Below are positions 40,796 to 50,414 of a stretch of DNA of 64,000 nucleotides, one piece after another. Source of the DNA: a virus. Each line of letters begins with the position of its first letter. The stretch's first letter is position 1. The DNA is taken from the IMG/VR virus record IMGVR_UViG_3300029989_000005. One strand, 5' to 3'. Under the pieces are notes generated by a model. It worked only from the letters and a program-made list of their open reading frames with translations. It was not told the origin of the DNA and did no database searches. The translations under genes were made by a program, and so were the position numbers.

Positions 40796-40856
40796 TGTAA
40801 CGGTATAAAATATTTTGAATTTTTGAAAACTATTGTATAATTAAAAAACTATTGAA

Positions 40857-42155
40857 ATGAGTGAAAAAATTGAACAAACTGAAAATTTTGAATTTGGCGG
40901 AATTTTTGCGGTAACAGCAGAAAATTTTGAACAACCAACATCAAGCAATTTTAATGAGGATTTTTTGGCATTAAAACTTGACGATGAAAAGGTAAAAGAT
41001 GGTCGCTATGTAGTAACAGGCAGATTAGTTCCCGATGTTAATTGTGGAGAAATCAGGCGTGACCGTGTTACCAAACATATGTATTATCTTCCTGACCCAA
41101 ATGACCCTAAAGCCCGAATTTATGTAGATGCACCAAGTAATAATCCTAAACTCAAGGATTTAGCTACTGCAGCATATATGAAGCATGTGTACGATAAAGG
41201 TAAGAATTACGACCAAAACACCCCAATACAATTATCAAAACGGTTGGAAGTGCTTAAACGCAATACTTACAATTATTCCCTGTTTTTGATTTATGATGAC
41301 CCACAACACCCTGAATTGAATGGTAAAATCAAAATTTTGAGATATGGCAAAATCCTTAACGTTAAACTTGATCAATTATTAAAGGGTGACCCAATTCTCA
41401 AAAGAAAGCCGATTGTGCCGTTTGACCTTATTAATGGTAAAGATTTAACTATTGTGGTATCAGAGGGAAATCAAAATATGCCAACATATGAACAAAGTTC
41501 TTTCAATGATGGTCTTTGTGGTATTTCATTTGATTGTGGTAAAACTACAATCAAAGAATTTAACCAAGAAACAGGAAAACAAGTTTTTGATTTTTTAAAG
41601 ACAAATTCCCCTGACCTGTCACAAACGTACTACAAAGAAACAACAGCAGAAGATGCTAAATTGTTAATCAATTGCATTAAAATAGCATTTGGTGAACAGT
41701 ATTATAAAGAATTCTGTGAATTGTATTTTGAAGTTTTTGGAACTCAGTACGTACCCGAATACAATAATGTTACAACAGTTGCCGAAGGTCAACAGGCTGT
41801 AGGATTACAACAGGGAACTACACAGGTACAACCAAAAGTTGCCGAACAACCAAAAGTTGTGGAAACAACAACTCAACCAAAAGTTGTGGAAACAACAACT
41901 CAACCAAAAGTTGTGGAAACAACAACTGATAAAGCATCTGTTGACACTACATCGAAATTCAAGTCATTGAAAGACAATGCAGGTACTGTTTCCGCAAGTG
42001 AAAAACCTGTAGAAACCGTTATAGAAGCAAATCCTGTAGAAACTATTGCCGCAAATGAAAAACCTGTAGAAACTGCTGTAAAATCAGTTACACAAACTGA
42101 TCAAAAAGGCTTTGGTGATTTAAACTTTGACAATTTGCCTGATGATATTAACTAA
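40857..42155 (+). CDS. Single-stranded DNA-binding protein (T4 gp32-like)
   Basis: LIYDDPQHPELNGKIKILRYGK, PFDLINGKDL, PTYEQSSF; acidic C-terminal tail. Confidence 0.85.
   Translation: MSEKIEQTENFEFGGIFAVTAENFEQPTSSNFNEDFLALKLDDEKVKDGRYVVTGRLVPDVNCGEIRRDRVTKHMYYLPDPNDPKARIYVDAPSNNPKLKDLATAAYMKHVYDKGKNYDQNTPIQLSKRLEVLKRNTYNYSLFLIYDDPQHPELNGKIKILRYGKILNVKLDQLLKGDPILKRKPIVPFDLINGKDLTIVVSEGNQNMPTYEQSSFNDGLCGISFDCGKTTIKEFNQETGKQVFDFLKTNSPDLSQTYYKETTAEDAKLLINCIKIAFGEQYYKEFCELYFEVFGTQYVPEYNNVTTVAEGQQAVGLQQGTTQVQPKVAEQPKVVETTTQPKVVETTTQPKVVETTTDKASVDTTSKFKSLKDNAGTVSASEKPVETVIEANPVETIAANEKPVETAVKSVTQTDQKGFGDLNFDNLPDDIN
41847..41927 (+). repeat. 27-bp tandem repeat x3 (QPKVVETTT)
   Basis: caaccaaaagttgtggaaacaacaact, three perfect copies in the SSB linker. 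Confidence 0.9.
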
Positions 42156-42182
42156 TAACTAATACCAAAAGCAAATAAATTA

Positions 42183-42217
42183 AAAATAGTCCGAGAAATT
42201 GTTTCTCGGACTATTTT
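42183..42217. terminator. Bidirectional terminator between convergent genes
   Basis: aaaatagtccgagaaa / tttctcggactatttt. Confidence 0.75.
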
Positions 42218-42221
42218 GTTT

Positions 42222-43853
42222 TTATGAGTGGAATCTCTCTATATTTATGTTTACACACCCCATATAATCATTCAATGGGTCAAATTCATCCTTAAAATAT
42301 ACATTATTGCTGTCAGTCCAATCACCTCTTATAACTGCTATTTGATTATTATCGACTTTTATATTTCCTAAAGAATCTATGTATTTGCTATCTTGAGATA
42401 ATAATATAACCTTAACGGAATAAATATTATCTAATCCGTTAATAAGTGACACTATTTCAGAATGTATTATGTCTGATGTTGATTCTCTATTCAACAAATA
42501 ATTACTTATAATATTTAAAATATTTTGTCTTGTAATCATCATATTTGATATATCGGCATCCACACCATCCTCCAATTCACAGTAAATCATCATTGCGAAC
42601 TTCTGTATAAGAGGATTTATAAGTTCCATAGTTATATTGGCTGATTCAATACCTGACTCCTGTATCTGTGATAAAATTTGAGCTTTTTCATAATCCAATA
42701 ATAAAAATTTATCTAAAGATATAGTAAAATAATTTTCACCTGTTATTAACCTGTTAATCAAAGATGGTACTAAGTACACAGAATATTCGTTTATATTATC
42801 AATAGTTTTCTTAAATATGTTGATTGACGAAAAATAATTCATCTTTTTAAAGAAATAATTAATTGACTTTTTGTCATGTAATATAAAACTTCTTGAAATG
42901 TTTGGTGCTAAAATTTTTGTTAAATTTATATCCTCTGAATCAGCACCAAGGCAAGGTAATATATTGTTGTTTACATAAAAAATATCATCAAGACTTAATT
43001 CATTACCATTACCATCAAAGCATGTATCATTAAGTTTCCAAGTTGTTTTTGAATTGAATAAATTACCTATACTTCCATTGGTTGTAAGTACATTTACTTT
43101 TATTTCAGAGCCTAAAGGTGGAATCTCTTGGAAATTGTTTTTCCCAAATATTATATCAACACCTGATGTCATACCCGTTTTAACTAAACACCCTGCAGCA
43201 CCATATGGTATATCATACAGCGAAATATACTGCTCATATATTTTACCGTTAACCATTACCTCAACATATGAATCATCATACATTTGAAATTGTAAGTTTG
43301 GTAATTCATATGTTTGTATATTTGTACCTGTTCCTGTGAATGTATGAGTTTCTACAACACCTTCTACAATAGGTATTTGTAATTCCTTTGTATCATTTAT
43401 ATTGAATGTTTTGAAATCAGTATTCATTAATATTGTATACTGTAAACCATTTTCCAAATTCTGTATTTTGGTGTAATTAGGTATGTGTATTTTGTCACCC
43501 GCTATACTTATATTTATTGATGGGTTTCTAATAAGTATAATACTTCCCCTTGCCGATGAACCTCTAAAAGCGTTGTGACCTTGTAATCTTGCAAGACCAT
43601 GTACAGAATGTATTCTGTTAGCTGTTTTAAAATTAGATTGAGTTGCTGAGTCGTTAATATAATAGAAAATATTATTAACGTGATTTTGTAATACAAGTAT
43701 TATTTGACCAAAACTTGAGGCATATGTGAAAGACCTAAGGTTGTTTTTGAATCTAATAATTAAATTATTAGTAAGTTCATTTATAGAATCTATAGCTTTT
43801 ACCTTGTTTTTAGGTATTAATTTATTTTCTAAATTATCATTATTAACAGCCAT
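42222..43853 (-). CDS. Baseplate wedge protein (T4 gp6-like)
   Basis: SVHGLARLQGHNA-RG, IVEG, DIIFG------PPLGSEI-V----TNG-IGN, GADSE. Confidence 0.8.
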   Translation of the reverse strand: MAVNNDNLENKLIPKNKVKAIDSINELTNNLIIRFKNNLRSFTYASSFGQIILVLQNHVNNIFYYINDSATQSNFKTANRIHSVHGLARLQGHNAFRGSSARGSIILIRNPSINISIAGDKIHIPNYTKIQNLENGLQYTILMNTDFKTFNINDTKELQIPIVEGVVETHTFTGTGTNIQTYELPNLQFQMYDDSYVEVMVNGKIYEQYISLYDIPYGAAGCLVKTGMTSGVDIIFGKNNFQEIPPLGSEIKVNVLTTNGSIGNLFNSKTTWKLNDTCFDGNGNELSLDDIFYVNNNILPCLGADSEDINLTKILAPNISRSFILHDKKSINYFFKKMNYFSSINIFKKTIDNINEYSVYLVPSLINRLITGENYFTISLDKFLLLDYEKAQILSQIQESGIESANITMELINPLIQKFAMMIYCELEDGVDADISNMMITRQNILNIISNYLLNRESTSDIIHSEIVSLINGLDNIYSVKVILLSQDSKYIDSLGNIKVDNNQIAVIRGDWTDSNNVYFKDEFDPLNDYMGCVNINIERFHS

Positions 43854-43989
43854 GTTGTTATTTTAATTTATTTATACTTAAATGGGACTATCAAAATTAA
43901 TTGGTAATCCCATTTGAACTTATTTATATAATATTTTTATAATCCTTAATATTTTTAATTTTTTATTTTTAATAATTTTAACTTTGATT

Positions 43990-44274
43990 TTAATTCCATC
44001 CAAATGATTTAGCCAAATCCAAAGCATCTTTTTCATCAACCAATCCCGCAGCCATTAATTTATGATAATAATTATTTACACGTGATAAATGATCTGTTGC
44101 AATTTCCTTTGCTATTGATGGGTTATTAGTATGTTCAACCTCAACCAAACATCCAACTTGTAATTCCTCTTGGTCAAATGTTGAATCATCAGTATTATCA
44201 CCTTCCCCACCTCTTAATGTATCAACCATATTAAGTTTTTGATCTTGTGATTCAAACACCTTTAATCTTTTCAT
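43990..44274 (-). CDS. DUF5661-like small protein
   Basis: ELQVG--VEVEHT----IAKEIATDHL----NYY-KL. Confidence 0.7.
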   Translation of the reverse strand: MKRLKVFESQDQKLNMVDTLRGGEGDNTDDSTFDQEELQVGCLVEVEHTNNPSIAKEIATDHLSRVNNYYHKLMAAGLVDEKDALDLAKSFGWN

Positions 44275-44313
44275 ATTTAGTATGCTTTTGATTATTTAAT
44301 ATTGTTACAAAAA

Positions 44314-46104
44314 TTAATAAACAACACCACCCGCACCCTGTGCATCTGTTGCGTTTATGCTCAGACCATTCTTGACATCTCCATTTTGGAATTCAACAGC
44401 AGTTCCCTCTGAATTAGTTTTTAGCTTATCATCATCACCAATTATCTCGTCTAACATCCCCGAAAGTGGTAAATATGTCCTACCCTGACCCGCATTTAAT
44501 ATAGCCTGAATATCACCACTATCCATTTTTCTAGCTCTTTTCAAACTAATTTCCAAAGTCCATTTAGTTGGGAAATCATCAAATCCAAGTTCATCGCTAG
44601 GCGTAACTGTAAAAGAATCACAAATTAAATTTCCTATTGTATAAATTGGATTATAGGGATTGCCAACAACTAGGTGATATTCACCAACAGGTGCACCCGA
44701 TACAAGTGAATGTATAGCAACAATATTTGGTCTTGATTTTTTAGTTGCCATATCAAGCATTTTATCTCCACCAATTTTCCCACCACCTAATAAATTAGAA
44801 AATAATGATTGAAAATTCCCTGACATCATACTTTGCCACAACCCCGAAAGTGCGTTTCCTGTTTTCCCCATAACACTTCCTATATTTCCCGCTACAGATT
44901 TAAAGAATCCGCCATAATCACCCGAATAAAGCTTATGATAATCACCCAAAAACCCAAATTGCTCCATAACACGAGGTGTAAACCTGTTAGCACCACCCCA
45001 CCATTTAGCGTGATAAAATGTAAGTGCTAACATGTTACCAATAAGGTCAAGCATTGCTAACTTTGGATTTATATTTTTATATGATTTTAATTCATATTCA
45101 AATTTTAATCTGAAAGATAAATCAGCACCAATTCCTGATTCTCTAGTCATTGTATCCTTTATCACATTTATTGGACCTAGTACCTTGTGAATATATGAAA
45201 AATCTCTAGATGCCTTTATTGCATCTATTCTTGAATTGCTAGCACCTGACAAATCGGATGTTTGAGAATCTCCTGTAAAAGTAGATGCCCTTGATGCCAT
45301 ATCCATTCCCTGACCAACATAACCCTTAAGATTTATTCCACTAAGCCTACCACCAAGAGTTGGAACAAACCCTGTTACAGCATTTTTTTGAGATTCAAGT
45401 GTTGGTATGTTTTGATTTGCTTCATCCCATATCTGAGATGATACATTTTTCCAAGAGATACTTCCTGTTATGGAAAATAAAGAAGATAATTTATTATCTG
45501 TTGGGTCACCAAAATACGTAATTGCTTGAGCTATTGGCTTTATATCATTACGATTTGTATTTGAAAACTGTAAATTATCATATACAGGATAAGCAAACCT
45601 TCTTAATGTTAATAACCTATTAAGAGGTATTTTATCATAGTATTTTGCATATAAAAAATCATTGGCAAAATATGGCATTGATGGCGATTTGTCGGGTGTA
45701 AAATCAGCTAACAAATTTCCTATAGTTAATTCAGGTTTATCCTCTACATGTCCAAACACACCATTTTCACCCTGTTTGTCATAGAAATCATTTATTCCAT
45801 TACAAAAAGAATGTGTGAACAAAATATAATTATTGAATAAAGAATTTACCCCCTTCACATTTTGACCTACAGTATAACTTTTATCGGCTTTTCCTTCTGA
45901 TGTATACATCCTCATACCATTTCCCTTAACCAATGATGCTTTTGGTTTATTAACGGGGTCTTTTGATTCACGTTTTAAACCTTTGAATGAATCATTAACA
46001 TATGATTTTTTCTGAGGTATACCACCAACGATAGGTGATTTACCAAGGTTCATTGAGGCTGATGGACTCGATAAGCTATTAAAATCTGTTGAAGCACTTG
46101 ACAT
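44314..46104 (-). CDS. Probable baseplate/tail-tube initiator (gp48/gp54-like)
   Basis: LTLRRFAYPVYDN; C-terminal YHLVVGNPYNP--TIGNLICD...DDFPTK--LEISLK tube-like pattern. Confidence 0.5.
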   Translation of the reverse strand: MSSASTDFNSLSSPSASMNLGKSPIVGGIPQKKSYVNDSFKGLKRESKDPVNKPKASLVKGNGMRMYTSEGKADKSYTVGQNVKGVNSLFNNYILFTHSFCNGINDFYDKQGENGVFGHVEDKPELTIGNLLADFTPDKSPSMPYFANDFLYAKYYDKIPLNRLLTLRRFAYPVYDNLQFSNTNRNDIKPIAQAITYFGDPTDNKLSSLFSITGSISWKNVSSQIWDEANQNIPTLESQKNAVTGFVPTLGGRLSGINLKGYVGQGMDMASRASTFTGDSQTSDLSGASNSRIDAIKASRDFSYIHKVLGPINVIKDTMTRESGIGADLSFRLKFEYELKSYKNINPKLAMLDLIGNMLALTFYHAKWWGGANRFTPRVMEQFGFLGDYHKLYSGDYGGFFKSVAGNIGSVMGKTGNALSGLWQSMMSGNFQSLFSNLLGGGKIGGDKMLDMATKKSRPNIVAIHSLVSGAPVGEYHLVVGNPYNPIYTIGNLICDSFTVTPSDELGFDDFPTKWTLEISLKRARKMDSGDIQAILNAGQGRTYLPLSGMLDEIIGDDDKLKTNSEGTAVEFQNGDVKNGLSINATDAQGAGGVVY

Positions 46105-46185
46105 ATTTAATACTATTTTTAGTTATTTATAAAACATTTGATTATTTTATAAAGCTGATAATATAAAATCAGATAATATAAAATA

Positions 46186-46452
46186 ATGAAAAACATGGAC
46201 ATGGATATAGAAAACAAAACTGAAAGCACTGAAAGCACTGAATTTCAAATAGGTCATTATACTGCACTTGTGTTGGCATACAGAACTATTGGTGTTTCTG
46301 TAGATATGAAAGATGCAATGCTTATTGAAAAGATATCTGACTTTATTAAAGGCAAAACAACTAAAGATATTAAATTGCATGATATTGATAATTTAATTAA
46401 AGAATCAAATCATGATTTCGAAAATATCGTGGTTAAAAATAAACTTGTATAA
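46186..46452 (+). CDS. Hypothetical protein
   Basis: 88 aa ORF heading the deaminase-gmk unit. Confidence 0.6.
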   Translation: MKNMDMDIENKTESTESTEFQIGHYTALVLAYRTIGVSVDMKDAMLIEKISDFIKGKTTKDIKLHDIDNLIKESNHDFENIVVKNKLV

Positions 46453-46454
46453 AT

Positions 46455-47468
46455 ATGTACGCTGAATTCCATACTCATTTAGGTGGTTCTACATTACCAC
46501 AAACATTGTTTTCTATAGCTTATGATAGAGGATTAAAAATCAAAAAGTATCAGGATTATGACAAATTTTCTGATACAATTTTTAATGGTGCAAATGAGGA
46601 TAAATCTTTGACAGGATATTTAGGTAGATATAAAATGATTCAAGAAATTTGTTCTTATCCGCAATCAATAGAACTTTCTGTTTATCATGTTCTTGAGGAC
46701 TTATATATTAACCATGGATATAGACTTATTGAATTAAAGCTAAACCCTGCCTTGAGAAATCAAAAAGGTCTATATGATTTGGATACAATAATAATGTCTG
46801 CTTGTAATGGATTGCAGAAAGCAAAGGCTATATTCAAAGACTTGCGATGTGGTTTGATAATTGAATCAGATCAATCATTTTCCATAGAACTCACAAAAAT
46901 TATATTTGAAAAAGCGGTTAAATTCAAAAATTTTGGTATTGTAGGAGTAGATATTTCGGGGTATCATTTAGATTATTCATCCAACCTTTTAAACGGATTT
47001 TATAAGGAAGCATTCAAATTTATAAAGGAAAATGGTCTTAAAATAACCTTACATTTTGGTGAAATTATTAAAGATGTGCCTGACGAGAGCGATAGAAATT
47101 CGTTAACTAATTTCAAAAACATAATTAAAAGTATTGACAGAATAGGTCATGGTGTACAATTTTTGTTGTATTCAAAATTTGCTGTTGATATTATAGCCTC
47201 TAATGGCATACCAATTGAATTTTGTCCTAACTCAAATTTGAAAACAAGTGCAATTGATAAAGAGGATATTGAAAAAATAATCGATAAAGCTGTCTGCAAC
47301 AACATTCAATTGCTTTTATGTTCTGATGGTCATATATTTAATGGAAACTTTGAAAACAATTTGAAAACAATACAAAATAATATAAAAGATAAATGGTTGT
47401 TCCAAAATTTCAAAGGTTCTGTTACTGATTTTGAAGCGGTTTCCAAATATTCATTTATAAATCAGTAA
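46455..47468 (+). CDS. Adenosine/AMP deaminase-family amidohydrolase
   Basis: EFHTHLGGS, VGVDISG, TLHFGE, RIGHG, EFCPNSN, CSDG. Confidence 0.88.
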   Translation: MYAEFHTHLGGSTLPQTLFSIAYDRGLKIKKYQDYDKFSDTIFNGANEDKSLTGYLGRYKMIQEICSYPQSIELSVYHVLEDLYINHGYRLIELKLNPALRNQKGLYDLDTIIMSACNGLQKAKAIFKDLRCGLIIESDQSFSIELTKIIFEKAVKFKNFGIVGVDISGYHLDYSSNLLNGFYKEAFKFIKENGLKITLHFGEIIKDVPDESDRNSLTNFKNIIKSIDRIGHGVQFLLYSKFAVDIIASNGIPIEFCPNSNLKTSAIDKEDIEKIIDKAVCNNIQLLLCSDGHIFNGNFENNLKTIQNNIKDKWLFQNFKGSVTDFEAVSKYSFINQ

Positions 47469-47472
47469 AGTC

Positions 47473-47955
47473 ATGTTTGGTAAAAAAATTATTTTAATAG
47501 GTGCGGGTGCATCGGGTAAAGACTTCTTAAGGAAAAACTTTCAGTATACTCTTAATTTTAAATTTGGCATATCTTGTACCTCTAGATTACCAAGAAATGG
47601 TGAAATCAATGGTGAGGATTATAGATTTATGTCAAAATACGATTTTAAAAGAAAAATTGAGCATGGTGAAATGCTGCAATACTCTGATTTTGGTAGTGCA
47701 TATTACGGAACATCAAGGGAGGACTTCAACGAATGTAACTTATTCATAATGTCACCTGATGGTCTTAAGCAGCTAACAAAAGAGGATAGAGATAAATGTA
47801 CAGTAATTTGGGTGAAATCAGATGAAGATATAATATACAAAAGATTATTGAAACGAGGAATGTCTGAGGAAAATATAAATGACAGACTTTTTGCCGACTA
47901 CAGTCTGTTTATGGAATATACAGACTTTGATTATATTATAATCAATAATGGTTAA
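47473..47955 (+). CDS. gmk: Guanylate kinase
   Basis: GAGASGKD, SCTSRLPRNGEINGEDYRF, YYGT, RLLKRG. Confidence 0.9.
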   Translation: MFGKKIILIGAGASGKDFLRKNFQYTLNFKFGISCTSRLPRNGEINGEDYRFMSKYDFKRKIEHGEMLQYSDFGSAYYGTSREDFNECNLFIMSPDGLKQLTKEDRDKCTVIWVKSDEDIIYKRLLKRGMSEENINDRLFADYSLFMEYTDFDYIIINNG

Positions 47956-48485
47956 AAATTGGTATCCGTGTTTTCACCTTTTGGGAAACTCGACTTTGGT
48001 TGTTGTGCTATTATAGTTGTTATAAATTTATCGCCTGAATCATTATAACCTGAACGGTACATTGAAAATTTTTTGCCTGTAAGAAATAAATTTTTAATGT
48101 ACCTATCATCTACTATAAACATTCTCCAACCCGACTTTTTTGCAAATCCTGTTTTTAGATTTTTAGATTTTTGAGATTTTGATTTGTGTCTAGCTAATTT
48201 ATCAGTTATGGAATCATCTTTTAATGTGTCTGATATAACATAAAATCTCATATATGTTACAGTTTCCCCTTTTTTATTTGTTCTGTAACCTATGGCATAT
48301 GGTTCACCAAACCTTGGACCGCTAGTGCCATCACCTGTTTTATCGGTATAATAAAAACTAATATATTGCCTTGTGTTAATAGCCTTTATAAGTTGATCTA
48401 ACTTCACAGAACCCATAGCCTCAAAAACAGGTTTGGAACTTACTTTTATAATAACATTATTTTCAGATAATTTTAAAGGCTTCAT
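47952..48485 (-). CDS. Stand-alone WYL-domain protein
   Basis: LIKAINTRQYISFYY...RFGEPYAIG...GWRMF--D-I. Confidence 0.7.
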   Translation of the reverse strand: MKPLKLSENNVIIKVSSKPVFEAMGSVKLDQLIKAINTRQYISFYYTDKTGDGTSGPRFGEPYAIGYRTNKKGETVTYMRFYVISDTLKDDSITDKLARHKSKSQKSKNLKTGFAKKSGWRMFIVDDRYIKNLFLTGKKFSMYRSGYNDSGDKFITTIIAQQPKSSFPKGENTDTNF

Positions 48486-48531
48486 TAATTTTTATTTTAT
48501 TTAAAAACATAACTTTAAATAAAATAAATCA

Positions 48532-50160
48532 TTGACAATGGATTTATCAAAAACATACGAGAATATCAAATCGGGTGGTGCTATTAATAAATTGCTTGGG
48601 GTAGATTCTTTATTTACCGATGTAGAAAAGAAAAGAAATGAGCAGGATAAATTTCTTGATAATGGCAAAGAAAGATTTTTCAATTCAAGTTTCAATTACA
48701 AGAAATCTAGGGGTGATAGTAATATTAAAAATAAGGACACTGTTGTATTAAAATATGCAGATGACCCTACTTTACTAGGATTTAAATTGATTCCAAACTT
48801 ATCAAGCCCGTTGTTTAATATTACTGTTGCTGATTCTAACGAAGAACAGGAGGAATCGGCATTTGCATATCTTTTATCAATAAATCAACAAGACAGAGCC
48901 AAAAAATTACTTAATTTTATTGAGTCTTTTAAACTTCTTGTACAGGAATATCCATATTATTTACAAGAATTATCGGGATTGGGTGATTTGTACAAAATAG
49001 AAGGGCATAGATCATATTATGAAAGGAAATTAAAAATAAAAACATATGAATCTGTAGACCTATTTATATCGGCAATGATGCATGATTACATAAATGCGGT
49101 ATATGATTTTACAGAACTTAAATGGGTAGTTCCTATAAATTTATTGTACTTCGATTTAATAATTTATATTTCTGAGGTAAGAAAATTCAAGACTGTATAT
49201 AACATAATTAGTGACAATTATCTTGATGATACTAATATAAATTATGTACTTGATAAAGATTCAATGTTTTTGCTTAACAAATATATAGGTGCTTATGCTA
49301 TTAGGTTTAATAAGTGTAGCTTTGAATCAGAGCATATAAATAAATACTTGTCGAATATAAGTAATCAATCTCCTAAATCACCCGAAAACGAAATAGGTAT
49401 GTGTCTTGGTAAAATGTCTTTTCATTTGACTAATTTACATCCATTTTCTCATGTTTATAAATATTATGATGAAATATACCCATTGGTTAATGATGTAAAT
49501 TATGACACGGAATCAGAACTAAATAGGTTTAATGTCAAGTCAGAACAATCTGACAAAGGTATATTTGATATGGCTCTTGATATAGTAAAAGAAGAGGCGG
49601 CTAAAACAGCAAACGGACTAATAAAGCAAGTTACAAGTAAAGTCGAAAACACCATAACTTTTGGAGTTTCCAAATTAGAAACTCTTGGTAAAGAAATAAT
49701 ATCTGAATATACACCATCTAATATAATTAATAGATTAATAGGTGATGAACTTGATAAGGTATCTAAAAATGTAAATGATGGGCTTAATAGTTTTATAGAC
49801 GATTTGGAAGCTAATTCTACTAACAAAACAGGTAATTTAAAAAGAAATGCCGATAATGAAAGGCTTGCATCACTTTTAATAAATCAAAACAATGTTATAC
49901 AGCCTACTTCCGACATTGTTAGTGATAATACTAATGTTATAAATACAAAAGGAGCTATCTCTGAGTTTATGCCTGATATTAAAAACATAAACTCAGGTAT
50001 CAAATCATTATACGCAATAAATTTAAAGGAAGAAACCAAGAAAGCACAAAATGAGGATTTGAGGAAGAAAGTACTTACCATGATCTTGGATGGTACTGAT
50101 GAAATTAAATTGTTAAGGGAAACCCTGTTTATTGGAAATACAAATCAAAAAATAAACTAA
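48532..50160 (+). CDS. Probable tail/baseplate structural protein
   Basis: DDPTLLGFKL, YLQELSGL, ESVDL, VPINLLYFDLIIYISEVR; tube-like beta pattern. Confidence 0.4.
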   Translation: MTMDLSKTYENIKSGGAINKLLGVDSLFTDVEKKRNEQDKFLDNGKERFFNSSFNYKKSRGDSNIKNKDTVVLKYADDPTLLGFKLIPNLSSPLFNITVADSNEEQEESAFAYLLSINQQDRAKKLLNFIESFKLLVQEYPYYLQELSGLGDLYKIEGHRSYYERKLKIKTYESVDLFISAMMHDYINAVYDFTELKWVVPINLLYFDLIIYISEVRKFKTVYNIISDNYLDDTNINYVLDKDSMFLLNKYIGAYAIRFNKCSFESEHINKYLSNISNQSPKSPENEIGMCLGKMSFHLTNLHPFSHVYKYYDEIYPLVNDVNYDTESELNRFNVKSEQSDKGIFDMALDIVKEEAAKTANGLIKQVTSKVENTITFGVSKLETLGKEIISEYTPSNIINRLIGDELDKVSKNVNDGLNSFIDDLEANSTNKTGNLKRNADNERLASLLINQNNVIQPTSDIVSDNTNVINTKGAISEFMPDIKNINSGIKSLYAINLKEETKKAQNEDLRKKVLTMILDGTDEIKLLRETLFIGNTNQKIN

Positions 50161-50161
50161 T

Positions 50162-50413
50162 ATGAACTCAGATTATTCTATATATAAGTCATTAAAACAT
50201 AGAAAAGATAATGTTAAAAATCTTGGGTATGATTATAGAGGTAATATAATGAAAAATTCTATTTCCAATATTATAAAAAATAGTAATAATCAAACTCTCC
50301 AAGATATATTAAAGCTTATAGACAGCTGCTTGGATTTTATGATTGTTGGTGTTAAGACTATTAAATCTAGAGTAAACATATGTGTTGATAAAGATACAGA
50401 CCTTATAAATTAA
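50162..50413 (+). CDS. Hypothetical protein
   Basis: 83 aa, tightly packed in an operon. Confidence 0.6.
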   Translation: MNSDYSIYKSLKHRKDNVKNLGYDYRGNIMKNSISNIIKNSNNQTLQDILKLIDSCLDFMIVGVKTIKSRVNICVDKDTDLIN

Positions 50414-50414
50414 T

